Origin: Ranitomeya imitator
Taxonomy: Eukaryota
DNA length: 64,000 nt
Direction: 5' to 3'
NCBI RefSeq assembly: GCF_032444005.1
Contig: NC_091284.1
Coordinates: forward strand, 433,814,001-433,878,000
Both the position numbers and the translations under genes were made by a program. The notes beneath the pieces were generated by a model. That model was given only the letters and a program-made list of their open reading frames with translations, searched no databases and had not been told where the DNA came from. This document shows, piece by piece, positions 1 to 12,186 of this stretch (position 1 is the stretch's first letter; the number at the start of each line of letters is the position of its first letter).

Positions 1-663
1 AACTTTTTTAATCTGCCTCCAGGCTGATCGTGCCAGTCTGAGCATAGGTAACATGCGGGGAGCGTTTATTTTCCCCGACTCCAAAAGGCCCAATGGACAT
101 TTAGCGCTAACAGAACTAACCAGATGACTCTCAGAATTAGGGAGGTAGTTATGAGGCATCCATTTACTTAGTGCCCTCGCCTGTCCTGCCAGATAGTATA
201 GAAAAAAATCAGGCAATGCCGCTCCTCCCCCCTGCTTAGATCTCTGCAAAGTTGTTAATTTAAGGTTAGGTCTGCTTTTTCCCCATATGAACGAAGCAAC
301 TTGAGAGTTTAAGTTGGTGAAGAAGAACTTCGGCACAGTTACTGCGCTATGTTGGAGACAATAGTTAAATTTAGGGAGCAATATCATTTTAATGAGGTTA
401 ATACGACCTGCTACAGATAATGTAATCTTGCTCCAAGACGTAAATTTCAATTTAGCGTAATCCAGCAGTGGGAGAATATTGAGTTGCAAGTCTGACCCAC
501 TATGTTGAGACATATATATACCCAAGTACTTAAAGTTAGATACTATGGGCAACGAGGAAAGAGTATTGAGATTAGATGCTGGGGACAGAGAGAGAGGCAA
601 TAAAGCAGATTTATCCCAGTTAATATATAGGCCTGAAAACCCACTAAATCTATCTATGGTATT

Positions 664-1089
664 CAGAAACGCAGTAGCCCGCACCACCTCCTAATGACAC
701 AGCTGAGTTCTCACGCCTGTGAACAGAGATGTAGCCGCCGGACCTCGGGTGCTTCTGCCGACAACACATGCCAATAAATCCAATCGAGATAAAGAAAGGC
801 AGCACTCACCGATCCATCCGAGACAGGTATCTTTATTGTTACAGATTAAAAGTCTTCACGGCCGGGGGAACAGATTCCAAAGAGTGCGGCAAGCCTGACG
901 ACGGCCGTTTCGCACCCTCCTGGTGCTTCTACGGGACCCGTAGAAGCACCAGGAGGGTGCGAAACGGCCGTCAGGCTTGCCGCACTCTTTGGAATCTGTA
1001 CCACCGGCCGTGAAGACTTTTAATCTGTAACAATAAAGATACCTGTCTCGGATGGATCTGTGAGTGCTGCCTTTCTTTATCTCGATTGG
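664..1089. mobile_element. Short Penelope-like terminal-repeat insertion forming a ~314-bp palindrome
   Basis: Flanked by a perfect 16-bp direct repeat ATCTATCTATGGTATT (648-663 and 1090-1105). Near-perfect inverted repeat 778-1091 centred on 936. Each arm has a hammerhead-like motif, AATAAA and a GTGAGT donor. Confidence 0.75.
938..972 (+). ncRNA. Degenerate minimal type I hammerhead ribozyme motif (mirror copy at 900-934, minus)
   Basis: CCGTAGA-A-GCACC[AGGAG]GGTGC-GAAA-CGGCCG-TC. Stem II and the GAAA/GUC parts are canonical, but CUGANGA reads CCGUAGA. Confidence 0.55.
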
Positions 1090-3554
1090 ATCTATCTATG
1101 GTATTAATCACCCTCGGTAACGTCTCTTCCGTGTTATCCATGAAAACTATCATGTCATCAGCGTATAAACCAATGGTATCAATGCGATCCGCTATTTTTA
1201 TACCCTCAATACCGGGGGAAGATCGGAGGCGTATTGCCAATGCCTCTATTGCTAGAGCAAATAGGGCTGGGGAAAGGGGACACCCTTGACGGGTTCCCCT
1301 ATATAATAAAAAGGGCTCGGAGATGGAGCCGTTTACTATTATGCGGGCCTTTGGTTTCATGTATAATACATTAACCCAATTCAGGAACCTAGCCCCGAAA
1401 CCATATTTCTGCAGACAAAAAGGGCCATTCAAGAGAGTCAAACGCCTTAGCTGCATCCAGCGATGCCAACGCCCAGTTATTATCAGGTAGCAAAGAACTG
1501 TATTGGATTATCGATTGAACCCGCCTGATATTTATAGAGGTGCTCTTACCAGGCATAAAGCCAGTTTGATCCGGGTGTATAATGTCTAGTATAATAGAAT
1601 TCAGCCTAGTGGCTAAAATTTTAGTAAAAATCTTAGTCTACATTTACTAACGATATGGGGCGATAGGACCCGCACTCTAATGGATCTTTCCCCTCCCTTT
1701 CTGAGTACAATAATATGTGCCTCATAAAAAGTATCTGGCAGGCATCCCCCTCTCCATATCTCTCTGAATACTTGTAATAAAAGTGGAGCTAGTACTTCTC
1801 GGTATTTCCTATACAATTCAATTGGAAAGCCATCTGGTCCAGGGGCCTTCCCAGAGGCCATATCCGTTATAGCTTGCTCTATTTCTTCTAGGGTAAATTC
1901 AGCGTCTATAAAGGCCTGCTGGGTGGAATTCAGTGTAGGGAATTCTATATCGGATAAATATTCTAAACAATCTGAAACACTGAAATCGCTCTTGGACTCA
2001 TATAACCCTTTATAATAATTATAAAAGCACTGAAGTATTTCCTCGGTTGGTGGTGAGCCATCTGGCGAGCGAAGTTGTATTACCTTATTAGACGTATTGT
2101 GTTGACGTACCAGGAAAGCTAGAAATTTCCCCACTTCAAAATATGATTGTCGCGTAAAAAACAGCTTACGTTTAGATTTAGTGTCCAGGTGTTGGGCATA
2201 CAATCTTTGCAGGGTTAACCACTCAACCTTATTATTATTAGTTTGACTGGCTGTATATGCGGCCTCAGCATCTTTCAAGCGTTGCTCAATCTCATCGTCA
2301 TCCCTCGATGTCACCCTTTTAACATAAGAGATCGTAGAGGACAAACAGCCCCTTAGGTACGCCTTAAGGGCGTCCCAAAATAAATTAATATCCTGAGGTT
2401 CTGGGTGAGATCGAGTGTAACAATTCAACTGGTCAACTGTTCTATCACTTGAATCTATTAGTTTAAGCCAAAAGGGGTTCAACTTCCATATTCTACCATT
2501 AGTCAGTTTCCCAAATGTAAGCGTGAGAACAATTGGACTGTGGTCCGAGATTCCTCTATTACCATGCTCTATACCGCTTACCCATTGCACCAAGCCGACA
2601 GACCCAAAAATATAGTCTATACGGGACAGGGAACTTTTAGTAGATGAGTGGCAGGTATATCCTTTTTCCCCAGGGTGATGTATCCTCCACAGGTCCACCC
2701 AGCCACTATTTTCTATGAACAGTGCCAGCTGAGTCGGGGCCAATGAAGAAGACAAAGACAGAGGTTCCCCAGACGACCCATCTCCCAGTCTCAACCTATC
2801 CAGACCACTATCCATGACCAGGTTAAAGTCACCCATACAGATAACATGTGCGTCTGGGTAATTTAAAGCAAAACTCATTGCCATCTTAAGTACTGAAATA
2901 TTAGCTGGAGGGGGGTTGTAAATGCACAATATAACATATTCACGGGAATTAATGCATGAACAAAAACAAAACGCCCCTCTGTGTCCCGCCGAATCGTCCG
3001 GGCCTCCCATCGAACATCTCTGTGCATTAACAATGATTCCCCTCTCGAGTAGCTGGTACGGAACGCATGAACATGCCATTGTACCCAGGGTTTCTGTACG
3101 CTTCTGGCTGTATCTCTCGTTAAATGTGTTTCTACCAGGGCCACAATATGAGGATGATATCGCCTGATCTGGGTGAACACCTTAATTTTCTTCCGGTGTG
3201 ATTTAATACCCCGTATATTCCAGGTCATACATATCAATTTAGACTCCATATTCATTCCTTAACCTATGGCATACAATAATGGTCGAGAGCGGTCTACAGA
3301 TTACGCACAGATAATTATAACAGCTCTGGAGGCGACTTTTACCTAAATACTTATTAGGGCTAGTTAAACTTAACAAAAAAAGAAAACTTAACAAGAACTG
3401 AACAAACCAGGAGCATTGTTTATCGCTCCCATCCTCAAATAAACCTGGGGATACCCCCGCTGACTCCAGCGTCCGGTATTATTGGTGCTTTGAACGCTCG
3501 CAGAGAGAGCTCCAATTTCAAAATTTAAAGAGACATTAGTTGGTCGGAAACTTT

Positions 3555-4466
3555 TCAGGGTTCTGTTGCATTAGACTTCCCATGGGATCGCAGCCAGTCC
3601 TCTGCCTCCGATGGGTCAGTGAAGAATAAGGAGGAATCATTGCAGACCACCCGGAGACGTGCTGGATAGATCATGGAGTAGATGATATTCTTGTCTCTGA
3701 GTTGTTTTTTGACATCCATAAATCTTGCCCGCTGTTTCTGAAGTTCAACGGAGAAGTCTGGGAAAATCGAGATTGTAGCACTATTAAACTTGATGGGACT
3801 CTTTTGTCGCGCCAGTCGCAGAATAGCATCTCTGTCCTTGCAGTTAAGGATGCGTGCCAGGAACGGTCTGGGTGGGGCTCCAGGGGGAAGGGATCTTGTA
3901 GGGACTCTATGGGCTCTTTCCACCGAGAACATTGGGGAGAATGTGTCTCCCAAAGAGGATTTGAGCCAATCTTCCAGGAATTTTTCAGGTTGCTGGCCTT
4001 CTGAGCGTTCCGGCAGACCAATAATGCGAATATTGTTTCGACGCAGTCTGTTTTCCAAATCGTCTGCCTTTTGTTTCCAGGCATTCATGGACCCAGCAAC
4101 TTTCGCTAGTTTTGCCTCCATAGGTTTGATAGTGTCCTCCACCTGAGACACCCTTGTTTCAACTTCTGTTATACGTCCCTTCATGGTCTGCATGTCTTGC
4201 CTTAGGCGCCCCACCTCCGTGTGTACATCTTCTATTTTTTCCGAAAGAGACGTCCTAGTTAGAGATATAGCTTGCATTAATTGCTCAGATGCTTGTTTAA
4301 GAGTCAAATCATCTTGCTCGCTCTCATCAACACTATCAGAGAGACGGATTTTCCCCCGCTGAGCTTGTGAGGAACTATTTCTAAGAGATCTTGCACCATC
4401 TGAAGTGTCACTTCTAGCGAATTCTTTTAGCCTGTCAGCTGCAGTTGTATTCTTTGGACGGTGCAT
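3555..4466 (-). CDS. L1 ORF1p (coiled coil + RRM/CTD), uninterrupted 303 aa
   Basis: Contains DLENRLRRNNIRIIGLPE, ERAHRV, PRPFLAR, IFPDFS and YPARLRV, typical L1 ORF1p motifs. Confidence 0.92.
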   Translation of the reverse strand: MHRPKNTTAADRLKEFARSDTSDGARSLRNSSSQAQRGKIRLSDSVDESEQDDLTLKQASEQLMQAISLTRTSLSEKIEDVHTEVGRLRQDMQTMKGRITEVETRVSQVEDTIKPMEAKLAKVAGSMNAWKQKADDLENRLRRNNIRIIGLPERSEGQQPEKFLEDWLKSSLGDTFSPMFSVERAHRVPTRSLPPGAPPRPFLARILNCKDRDAILRLARQKSPIKFNSATISIFPDFSVELQKQRARFMDVKKQLRDKNIIYSMIYPARLRVVCNDSSLFFTDPSEAEDWLRSHGKSNATEP

Positions 4467-5660
4467 GGTTAATAATTGTGTGGCCCAACAAAGTAATTAA
4501 GTTAGGTCTGTAGAATTATTATACGGTCACACCAAGGCTGTGTGTGATATGTATCCCGGCTGGGCACCCCTATAGTCAGGAGGTGTACTGCTGTATAATA
4601 ATCAGGGGGCACAGGCTGCCAATATGGTGGAAACCCCTGTTACAGGGAAAGTTCTTTGCAGCGACGGTAGCAGAGGGGAGGCCCAATAGAAGTGCAGCCG
4701 GCTGGGGTGTGATTAATAGGGGAGCGTGGGGCTCAGTCTTTCAGAGCACTCACCACGATTCCCCTTAGTATGTGTAGAGCAGGTTAAGCGCTCACTTCCC
4801 AGCCACGCTGCGGTGATAATGAGCCGCACCGCGCCTCCTACTGCAGGAGCGCGCGCTTCAGTAATGGCTGCCGCCCACACAGCCGCCGCCGCAAGCCTCT
4901 CTGTCCCTCCGTCGGGCCCGGGTCCCGCAGCTCTCACCCGCAGGTGCCAGGTACCGTCCGGGGACTAAGGGGGGTTCCAGCCACAGCCACAGACAGCCTC
5001 GCGCCGTCTGCCCGCAGAGCGTCCTCCCAAGAAGATGGCCGCCGTCACACGTGGAGCTCACCGCTCCGTTAGGTATATTCTCTCCTCCGGCTCCTTCCAG
5101 TCACCGTTGTGGTCCCTTCCAGGGGTCGGCAGCCTCCAAGTCTCCAGGAGCCCCAGCAGAGGCAAATTATGTGTTTAGAAGGGGTCTTATATGCAGGATG
5201 TATACAGGATTCTAGGAGCTCTCTCAATATGCGTCCTTCCTCGCTCACTCCATAGCCATGCCCCCGTGTTGTTTTTACTTTGGTATATTTCAGAATAAAA
5301 ATCTTTTTTTTTTTTTTTTTTTAATAAGCCAATCACATGTTACAATTTTTGGGAGCGCCGGCACCAGACTGGATTTCTGTTCCTTTTTCAAATCCATATT
5401 TGTAAGCCAAAATCAGTAGTGGATGAAAAATACGTGGTTGCAAGTGTTCCCATTAGTTTTTGGTGAGTTTTTGAGTCTGCTTATTTCGACTGCACCAAAA
5501 TCTCAGCATCTTGCAGGATTTATAGGAATCTCATGTGATCTGTATCCATTCCTGAAACAAACTAAAATCTCATTATCTTCACATGTCTACATCAATAGTT
5601 TTTTTTTGTTTGTTAAAGTCAAATACCAGGAAGTACCAAAAACAAGTGCCTCTATTTTAA

Positions 5661-6029
5661 CCCCTTAGTGACCGAACCAATTTTTTTTTTTTTTTTGTAC
5701 ATCTGACCAGTGTCACTTTTTGTGGTAATAACGCTGGAACGCTTCAACAAATCCTAGTGACTTTGAGATTGTTTTTTTTTTTGTGGCACTTTATACTTTA
5801 TCATAATGGTAAATTTAGGTCAATATGTCGTGTTTATAAAAAAGAAAATATCAGAAATTTTGACAAAAATGTAAAAAACTAGCAATTTTCAAAATTTGAA
5901 TTAGAATACCCCTTTAATTCATATAGTCATACCACACAAATACATTAATAAATAACATTTTCCTCATGTCTGCTATAAATCAGCACCATTTGTAAAATGT
6001 TGTTTTATTTTGTTAGCATTTTAGGAGGT
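5661..6029. mobile_element. Truncated end of a TTAA/CCCCT (piggyBac-like) non-autonomous element
   Basis: Begins TTAA|CCCCTTAGTGACC. Similar to the element ends at 23545-23608 and 40585-40908. Confidence 0.55.
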
Positions 6030-6053
6030 TTAACCCCTTAGTTACCACAGATA

Positions 6054-7130
6054 CCGTATATACTCGAGTATAAGCCGAGATTTTCAGCCCATATTTGGGG
6101 GGCTGAATGTGTCCCTCTCAGCTTATACTCGAGTCATACCCAGGGGTCGGCGGGGGAGGGGCAGTGGCAGCTGTCAAATCATACTTGCCTGCTCTCGGCG
6201 CGTCTCTGCACGTTCCTGCTTCTCCAGCGCCTGCAGCTTGGTCATGTTGTACCGCTCATTAAAGTAATGAATATGGACACATGTTCATTACTTTAATGAG
6301 CCGTACAATGTGACCGCTGAACATGGGAAGAAGCTGCTGGCGCCAAAGATCACCTGTCAGTGAGATGCTGCTAGGGACCCCGCTGGGAGCAGATGAGTAT
6401 AATGGGTACTGGAGGGTGAGTATTGCCCAATATTCCCCTTGTCCGCGTTCAACCGCTGGGCGTCGCTGTCTAATGCATCCTCTGCCTGTGACATTCAGGT
6501 CAGTGGGTGCAATGACGCGATTAGTGTGCGCGCTGCCCTCTGCCTGAACAGTCACTGCAAAGGACGCGGAAGACACAGCGGCGCCCAGCGGTGGAACACG
6601 GACAGGTGAATATGGCAAGTGCCAGGGGCCTGCTCAGGACAAGAGGTGTGTGTGAATTTTTTTTTTCATCGCAGCAGATGGCTATGGAGCATCTTATGGG
6701 GCCATAATCAACCTATGCAGCATTGTATGGGGCACATTATCTATGGAGCATCTTATGGGGCCATAATCAACCTATGCAGCAATATATGGGGCATATTTTC
6801 TATGAAGCATCTTATGGGGGCCCATCTTAAACTTTATGGAGCATTTTATGGGGCATATTTTATTATGGAGCATCTTATGGGGCCATCGTGAACTGTATGG
6901 AGCGTTATATGGGGCTCCTGATTCAATATGGATATTCAAAAACACGTAATGGACTGATGTCTCAATTAAATTTTACTTTTATTGGTATCAATATTTTTGA
7001 AATTTACCAGTAGCTGCTGCAATTCCCACCCTAGGCTTATACTCGAGTCATTAACTTTTCCCAGTTTTTTTGTGGCAAAATTAGGGGGGTCGGCTTATAC
7101 TCGAGTCGGCTTATACTCAAGTATATACGG
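6054..7130. mobile_element. Tc1/mariner-superfamily (Tc2/pogo-like) MITE
   Basis: TIR CCGTATATACTCGAGTATAAGCCG, with TA on both sides (6052-6053, 7131-7132). Confidence 0.8.
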
Positions 7131-7401
7131 TATGTCTTTTTACTGACCTGAGATACAAGAGACTAGCATCCCCCCCCAAAGGTGAAAGTCCAGCAGCTGT
7201 TGGCTGTGCACTATAGCTGTCAACTGGCTGTACCAGCAACAGTCTGCTGCATCAGCCCTTAAATGCTGCTGTCAATAATGACTACAGCATCTAGATAGTT
7301 AAAAGAGTGTGGGGGCTCCTTTAACCCATTCGGCACCCTGAGATCTTGATTGTGTGGTCTTGATGTTTGTCATCGCAATTCATGGCCAAATAGCGGCCTT
7401 G

Positions 7402-7803
7402 GGCTATGTGCACACGTAAGAAAAGAGGTGCAGAATTTTCTGCACAAAATCCGCATCTCCTGGCAGAATCCGCAGCTGCGAATTTGCTGTGGTTTTTATG
7501 CGTTTTTAGTGCGTTTTTTGTGTGGAATTGATGCTGATTTTGTGTGGATTTTATGCAGTTTTTACCACTGCGGATTTCTATTATGGAGGGGTGCAGAAAC
7601 ACTGCAGATCTGCACAAAAGTGACATGCACTTTGAAATCTGCAGCGTTTCTGCGCAGATTTTTCTGCACCATGTACACAGCTTTTTTTTTTTCTTCACAT
7701 TGATTTACATTGTACTGTAAATCACAGTGCAGACCTGCAGTGTTTCTGCGCAGAAAAAAAATGCTGCAGATCTGCACTAAATTTGCATCATGTGCACACA
7801 GCC
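7402..7803. mobile_element. PIF/Harbinger-like palindromic MITE
   Basis: TIR GGCTATGTGCACA / TGTGCACACAGCC; flanks TTG/TTA. Confidence 0.75.
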
Positions 7804-8410
7804 TTAGACTGCCAGCTATAGCTGCTTGTTCAGAAGTTAGAAACATTTAGGTGGTAAAAATACATTTCTTCATTTCTGTTAAGCCACTTTGCAATAATTC
7901 CTGAAAAGCACCTGAAGGGTTAATAAATTAGCTGAAAGCAATTTTGAATATATTTAGAACACGATTTTTAAAATGTATCACTTTTGGGGGTTTCCAATAT
8001 ATAGGACCTCCATAGTCACTTCAAAACTTAAAAAATCCCTAAAAAAATAAGTTTTGTAAATTACCATCATTAGTATTCACATCAATTTTTCTGGCTAACA
8101 CGGTACCACAATATAATTTATTGTGCATCATTTTTTCATGGAAATTTGCAAAAAAAAAAAAATTTTTCAGGGAGCTATCCAGGTTTGAAGTGACTTTAGG
8201 GGTCCTATATATTGGAAATCTCCAAAAGTGATACCATTTTAAAAACAACACCCCCTGACATACTGAAAACTGCTGTCAGGTAGCTTATTAACCCTTCAGG
8301 TGCTTTTCAGGAATTAATACAAAGTAGCCTGATAAGAATGAACGTGTGCATTTTTACCACCTAAAATGTCGCTAACATTTGAACAGACCACTGTAGCCGG
8401 AAGACACTGA

Positions 8411-8806
8411 GGCTATGTGCACACGTTGCAGATTTCCTGCGGATCCGCAGCTTTTTCCACGCAGAAACGCTGCAGATCCGATAGTGATTTACAGTATAAT
8501 GTAAATCAATGGCAAAAAAAAAATGCCGTGCTAATGGTGCTGAAAATTCTGCACTGAAAACGCAGCGGATTAAGAAAAGGACCATGTAAATGGTTTGCGC
8601 AGATCTGCAGCATTTCTGCACCCATTCCATAATAGAAATCCGCTGGGGTAAAAACGCATGAAATACGCACAGAATCCGCAGTAAATCCGCAACAAAAACG
8701 CACATAATCCGCAAAAAACGCAGATTTTGACCTGCGTTTTCTTTCAAGAGATGCAGAATCCGCACAGAAAATTCCACAGGCAAATCCGCGACGTGTGCAC
8801 ATACCC
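8411..8806. mobile_element. PIF/Harbinger-like palindromic MITE
   Basis: TIR GGCTATGTGCACACG / CGTGTGCACATACCC; flanks TGA/TAA. Confidence 0.75.
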
Positions 8807-9267
8807 TAAGGCCGCTATTTGGTCATCAATTGCCATGGCAAACATCAGGACCACACAATCATGATCTTAGGATGCCAATGGGGATAAAGACGGATTGCCC
8901 ACACTCTGTTAACCATTTATATGATATAGTCATTATTGACAGCAGCATCTAAGGGGTTAAACAGATATGGACGGTGCCAACACTGATCGTGGCTGATGCA
9001 GCAAGTTGTCAGCGATAGTGTCCAGCCGACAGCTGCTGGATTGTCACCTGTATGGGGATGCTATTCTCTTGTATCTCAGTTCCGTAAAAAGACGTATTGG
9101 CGGTCATTAAGGGGTTAAAACATGACACACAAAAAGTGACAAAAGCCACAGCACTAAATAGCACATGGAAAGAAAAAAAAACTCAAACGCGATGAAAAAT
9201 TGCTTGTGGCCTAATTTTTCTAGTAGGTGCAGACATTCTGCAGCTGCAAAAACTCACCAAATACTTA

Positions 9268-9662
9268 GGCTATGTGCACACGTAAGAAAAGAGGTGCAGA
9301 ATTTTCTGCACAAAATCTGCATCTCCTGGCAGAATTTGCAGCCTTGGATTTGCTGCGATTTTTATGCGGATTTTGTGCGGCTTTAGTGCGGAATTGATAC
9401 GGATTTTCTGCAGGTTTTGCCACTGCGGATTTTTAACATGGAGGGGTGCAGAAACGCTGCAGATCCACACAAAAGTGGTGACATGCACATCTTTGAAATA
9501 CGCAGCAATTCCACACTGATTTTTCCGCACCATTTGCACAGCTATTTTTTTTTACCCCATTGATTTACATTGTACTGTACATCACAGTGCGGATCTGCAG
9601 CGTTTCTGCGCGGAATAATCCGCTGCGGATCCGCAGCAAATCCGCATCGTGTGCACATAGCC
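9268..9662. mobile_element. PIF/Harbinger-like palindromic MITE
   Basis: Perfect TIR GGCTATGTGCACACG and TTA/TTA duplication. The first ~200 bp closely resemble the 7402-7803 copy. Confidence 0.8.
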
Positions 9663-9827
9663 TTATTGTGGGAATGTAGCCTTATATCTATTCTGATTGT
9701 TCCACTCTTGGTTTTGGCTTACAAATACTGACGTAAAAAATAAAGCCAAATACTCATTTGTTAATGTGGCCTTAAAACTGAACATGGAATATTATGATTA
9801 TCTACTCTAACTGAATTGTATTTATAG

Positions 9828-9898
9828 CAGGAATTTCATTAGACCCAGAGCAAGTTGTGAAGAAATACCTGGAAAACCTCCCGAAACCACCAGAAGAG
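9828..9898 (+). CDS. dtx2: Deltex E3 ubiquitin ligase 2, coding exon preceding the RING (start 9828 or 9831, tandem acceptor)
   Basis: tttatagCAG|GA acceptor; encodes GISLDPEQVVKKYLENLPKPPEE, resembling the DTX2 pre-RING segment as I recall it. GT donor at 9899, phase 0. Confidence 0.88.
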
Positions 9899-10258
9899 GT
9901 ATAGTAACTCAAATCTTTTCTTATAGTAAAAGTGTCATCTCATGAAATACATTTGTGGCATAATGCTAGAATATGCCACCAGTGTATGAACAAATACTGG
10001 TCACTAGAACAGAGTGACAACGTCGCTAGAGAAATGCTGTGCAACCTTGGCTCTCTGCAGGTTGCGACATTGGCACCTTGTTTGAGCAATCGGCATTGGT
10101 CACAATAAAGATTCTTCCTATTTTGCGGTCAACTCTTGGATGAAGACCTTGTAAAAGATCTTTTGACTTTTTAACTTGGTGTTGGTGCTGTGTGGCAGCC
10201 ATTGTTGCTCAGTGTTGCTGCGGTACTATTCCTGGGTGGTGTGACCTAGAGATATATA

Positions 10259-12149
10259 TTAGCTAAAGAGCCCGGCGTTGCCTGGGCATAGTAAATATCT
10301 GTGGTTACTTATAGCACCCCACTTCTCTTATTTTCCCATCACGTTTTTCATTTTCCCCCTCACTCCTCTCATTCCCCCTAACACTTGTCATTTCGACCGC
10401 ACATCTGTCATTTTCCGATCACTCCACTATTTTCCCTCACGCCTCTCATTTTGCACTCACACCTTTTCATTTTCACCTCAGCATATACATGTTTGTCATC
10501 TCCCTTTATATATAGTATACACCTGTATGTCATCTCCTCTATATAGTATATACCTGTATGTCATCTCCCATGTATATAGTATATACCTGCTGTCATCTCC
10601 TCCTCTATATACCTATGTTTCATCTCCTCTTTTATATAGTATCTACCTGTATATCATCTCCTCCTGTATATAGTATATACCTGTAAGTCATCTCCTCCTG
10701 TATGTATATACCTGTCATGTCCTCCTGTATATAGTATATACCTGTATGTCATCTCCTCCTTTATATAGTATATACGTGTCATGTCCTCCTGTATATAGTA
10801 TATACCTGTGTATCATCTCCTCCTGTATATAGTATATACGTGTCATCTCCTCCTGTATATAGTATATACGTGTCATCTCCTGTATATAGTATATACCTGT
10901 CATCTCCTATATATAGTATATACCTGTATGTCATCGCCTCCTGTATATAGTATATACCTGTATGTCATCGCCTCCTGTATATAGTATATACCTGTCATCT
11001 CCTCCTGTATATAGAATATACCTGTGTCATTTCCTCCTGTATATAGTATATACCTGTGTCATCTCCCCTGTATATAGTATATAACTGTATGTCATCTCCT
11101 CCTGTATTAGACCATGATCACACGTTATTTGGTCAGTATTTTTACCTCAGTATTTGTAAGCTAAATTGGCAGCCTGATAAATCCCCAGCCAACAGGAAGC
11201 CCTCCCCCCTGGCAGTATATATTAGCTCACACATATACATAATAGACAGGTCATGTGACTGACAGCTGCCGTATTTCCTATATGGTACATTTGTTGCTCT
11301 TGTAGTTTGTCTGCTTATTACCGTAATCAGATTTTTATTTTTGAAGTATAATACCAGACTTGTGTGTGTGTTTTAGGGCGAGTTTCATGTGTCAAGTTGT
11401 GTGTTGAGTTGTGTGTGGCGACATGCATGTAGCGACGTTTGTGGGATGAGTTTTGTGTGGCGACATGCGTGTAGCAACTTTTTGTGTGTCGAGTTGCATG
11501 TGACAGGTTAGTGTAGCAAGTTTTGCGCGTGGCAAATTGTGTGGTGCGTTTTGTGTGAGGTAACTTTTGCATGTGTTGCAACTTTTGTGCATGTGGCAAT
11601 TTTTCCGCGTGTGCAAGTTTTGCGTGTGGCGAGTTTTCCATGAGGTGAGTTTTGCACGTGGCGAGTTTTGCGTGAGCCTAGTTTTGCATGTGGCGAACTT
11701 TGCGCATGGCGAGTTTTGAGTGGCGAATTTTGTGTTTCGACTTTTATGTGGTGTGGTTGTATGTGTGGTGAAATGTGTGCTGAGGGTGGTATATGTGTTC
11801 AAGCACGTGGTAGTGTGTGGCGCATTTTGTGTGTGTTCATATCCCCGTGTGTGGTGAGTATCCCATGTTGGGGCCCCACCTTAGCAACTGTACTGTATAT
11901 ACTCTTTGGCGCCATCGCTCTCACTGTTTAAGTCCCCCTTGTTCACATCTGGCAGCTGTCAATTCGCCTCCAACTCTTTTCCTTTCACTTTTTCCCCATT
12001 ATGTAGATAGGGGCAAAATTGTTTCGTGAATTGGAAAGTGCAGGGTTAAAATTTCGCCTCACAACATAGCCTATGACGTTCTCGGGGTCCAGACGTGTGA
12101 CTGTGCAATATTTTGTGGCTGTAGCTGTGACGGTGCAGATGCCAATCCT

Positions 12150-12186
<37 letters not shown>

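Larger units (their letters stand above)
1..3249 (-). pseudogene. L1 ORF2 (APE endonuclease-reverse transcriptase), frameshifted and interrupted
   Basis: Endonuclease motifs MTWNIRGI, ETHL, GDFN, SRIDY and SDHSP; RT motifs GTRQGCPLSP and LYADD. Split across ORFs 2875-3255, 1613-3079 and 971-1456, with an insertion at 664-1089. Confidence 0.92.
1..5265 (-). mobile_element. L1-clade LINE, 5'-complete, 3' end outside window; antisense to dtx2 (presumed intronic)
   Basis: On the minus strand it starts GGGGGCATGGCTATGG at 5265, then a GC/CpG-rich 5' UTR (~4470-5265), ORF1, a ~300-bp spacer and ORF2 (APE endonuclease + RT) running off position 1. Confidence 0.93.
6034..9114. mobile_element. Non-autonomous piggyBac-like element with long TIRs, hosting three nested MITEs
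   Basis: TTAA at 6030-6033 and 9115-9118, with CCCCTTA...TAAGGGG termini. After removing nested inserts, 7131-7400 is an inverted copy of 8807-9100. Confidence 0.75.

Noticed and set aside
5330-9773. Possible old MITE enclosing all of 5330-9773 (inverted match 5398-5425 vs 9700-9725)
   Set aside because: Only a short imperfect inverted match and no convincing matching termini or TSD.
5266-9820. Additional upstream dtx2 exons (WWE or proline-rich region)
   Set aside because: No Deltex-like peptide with plausible splice sites was found; the region is explained by nested transposons.
10500-11105. Short regularly spaced repeats resembling a CRISPR array
   Set aside because: Head-to-tail degenerate tandem repeats with no unique spacers and no cas genes, in vertebrate DNA.
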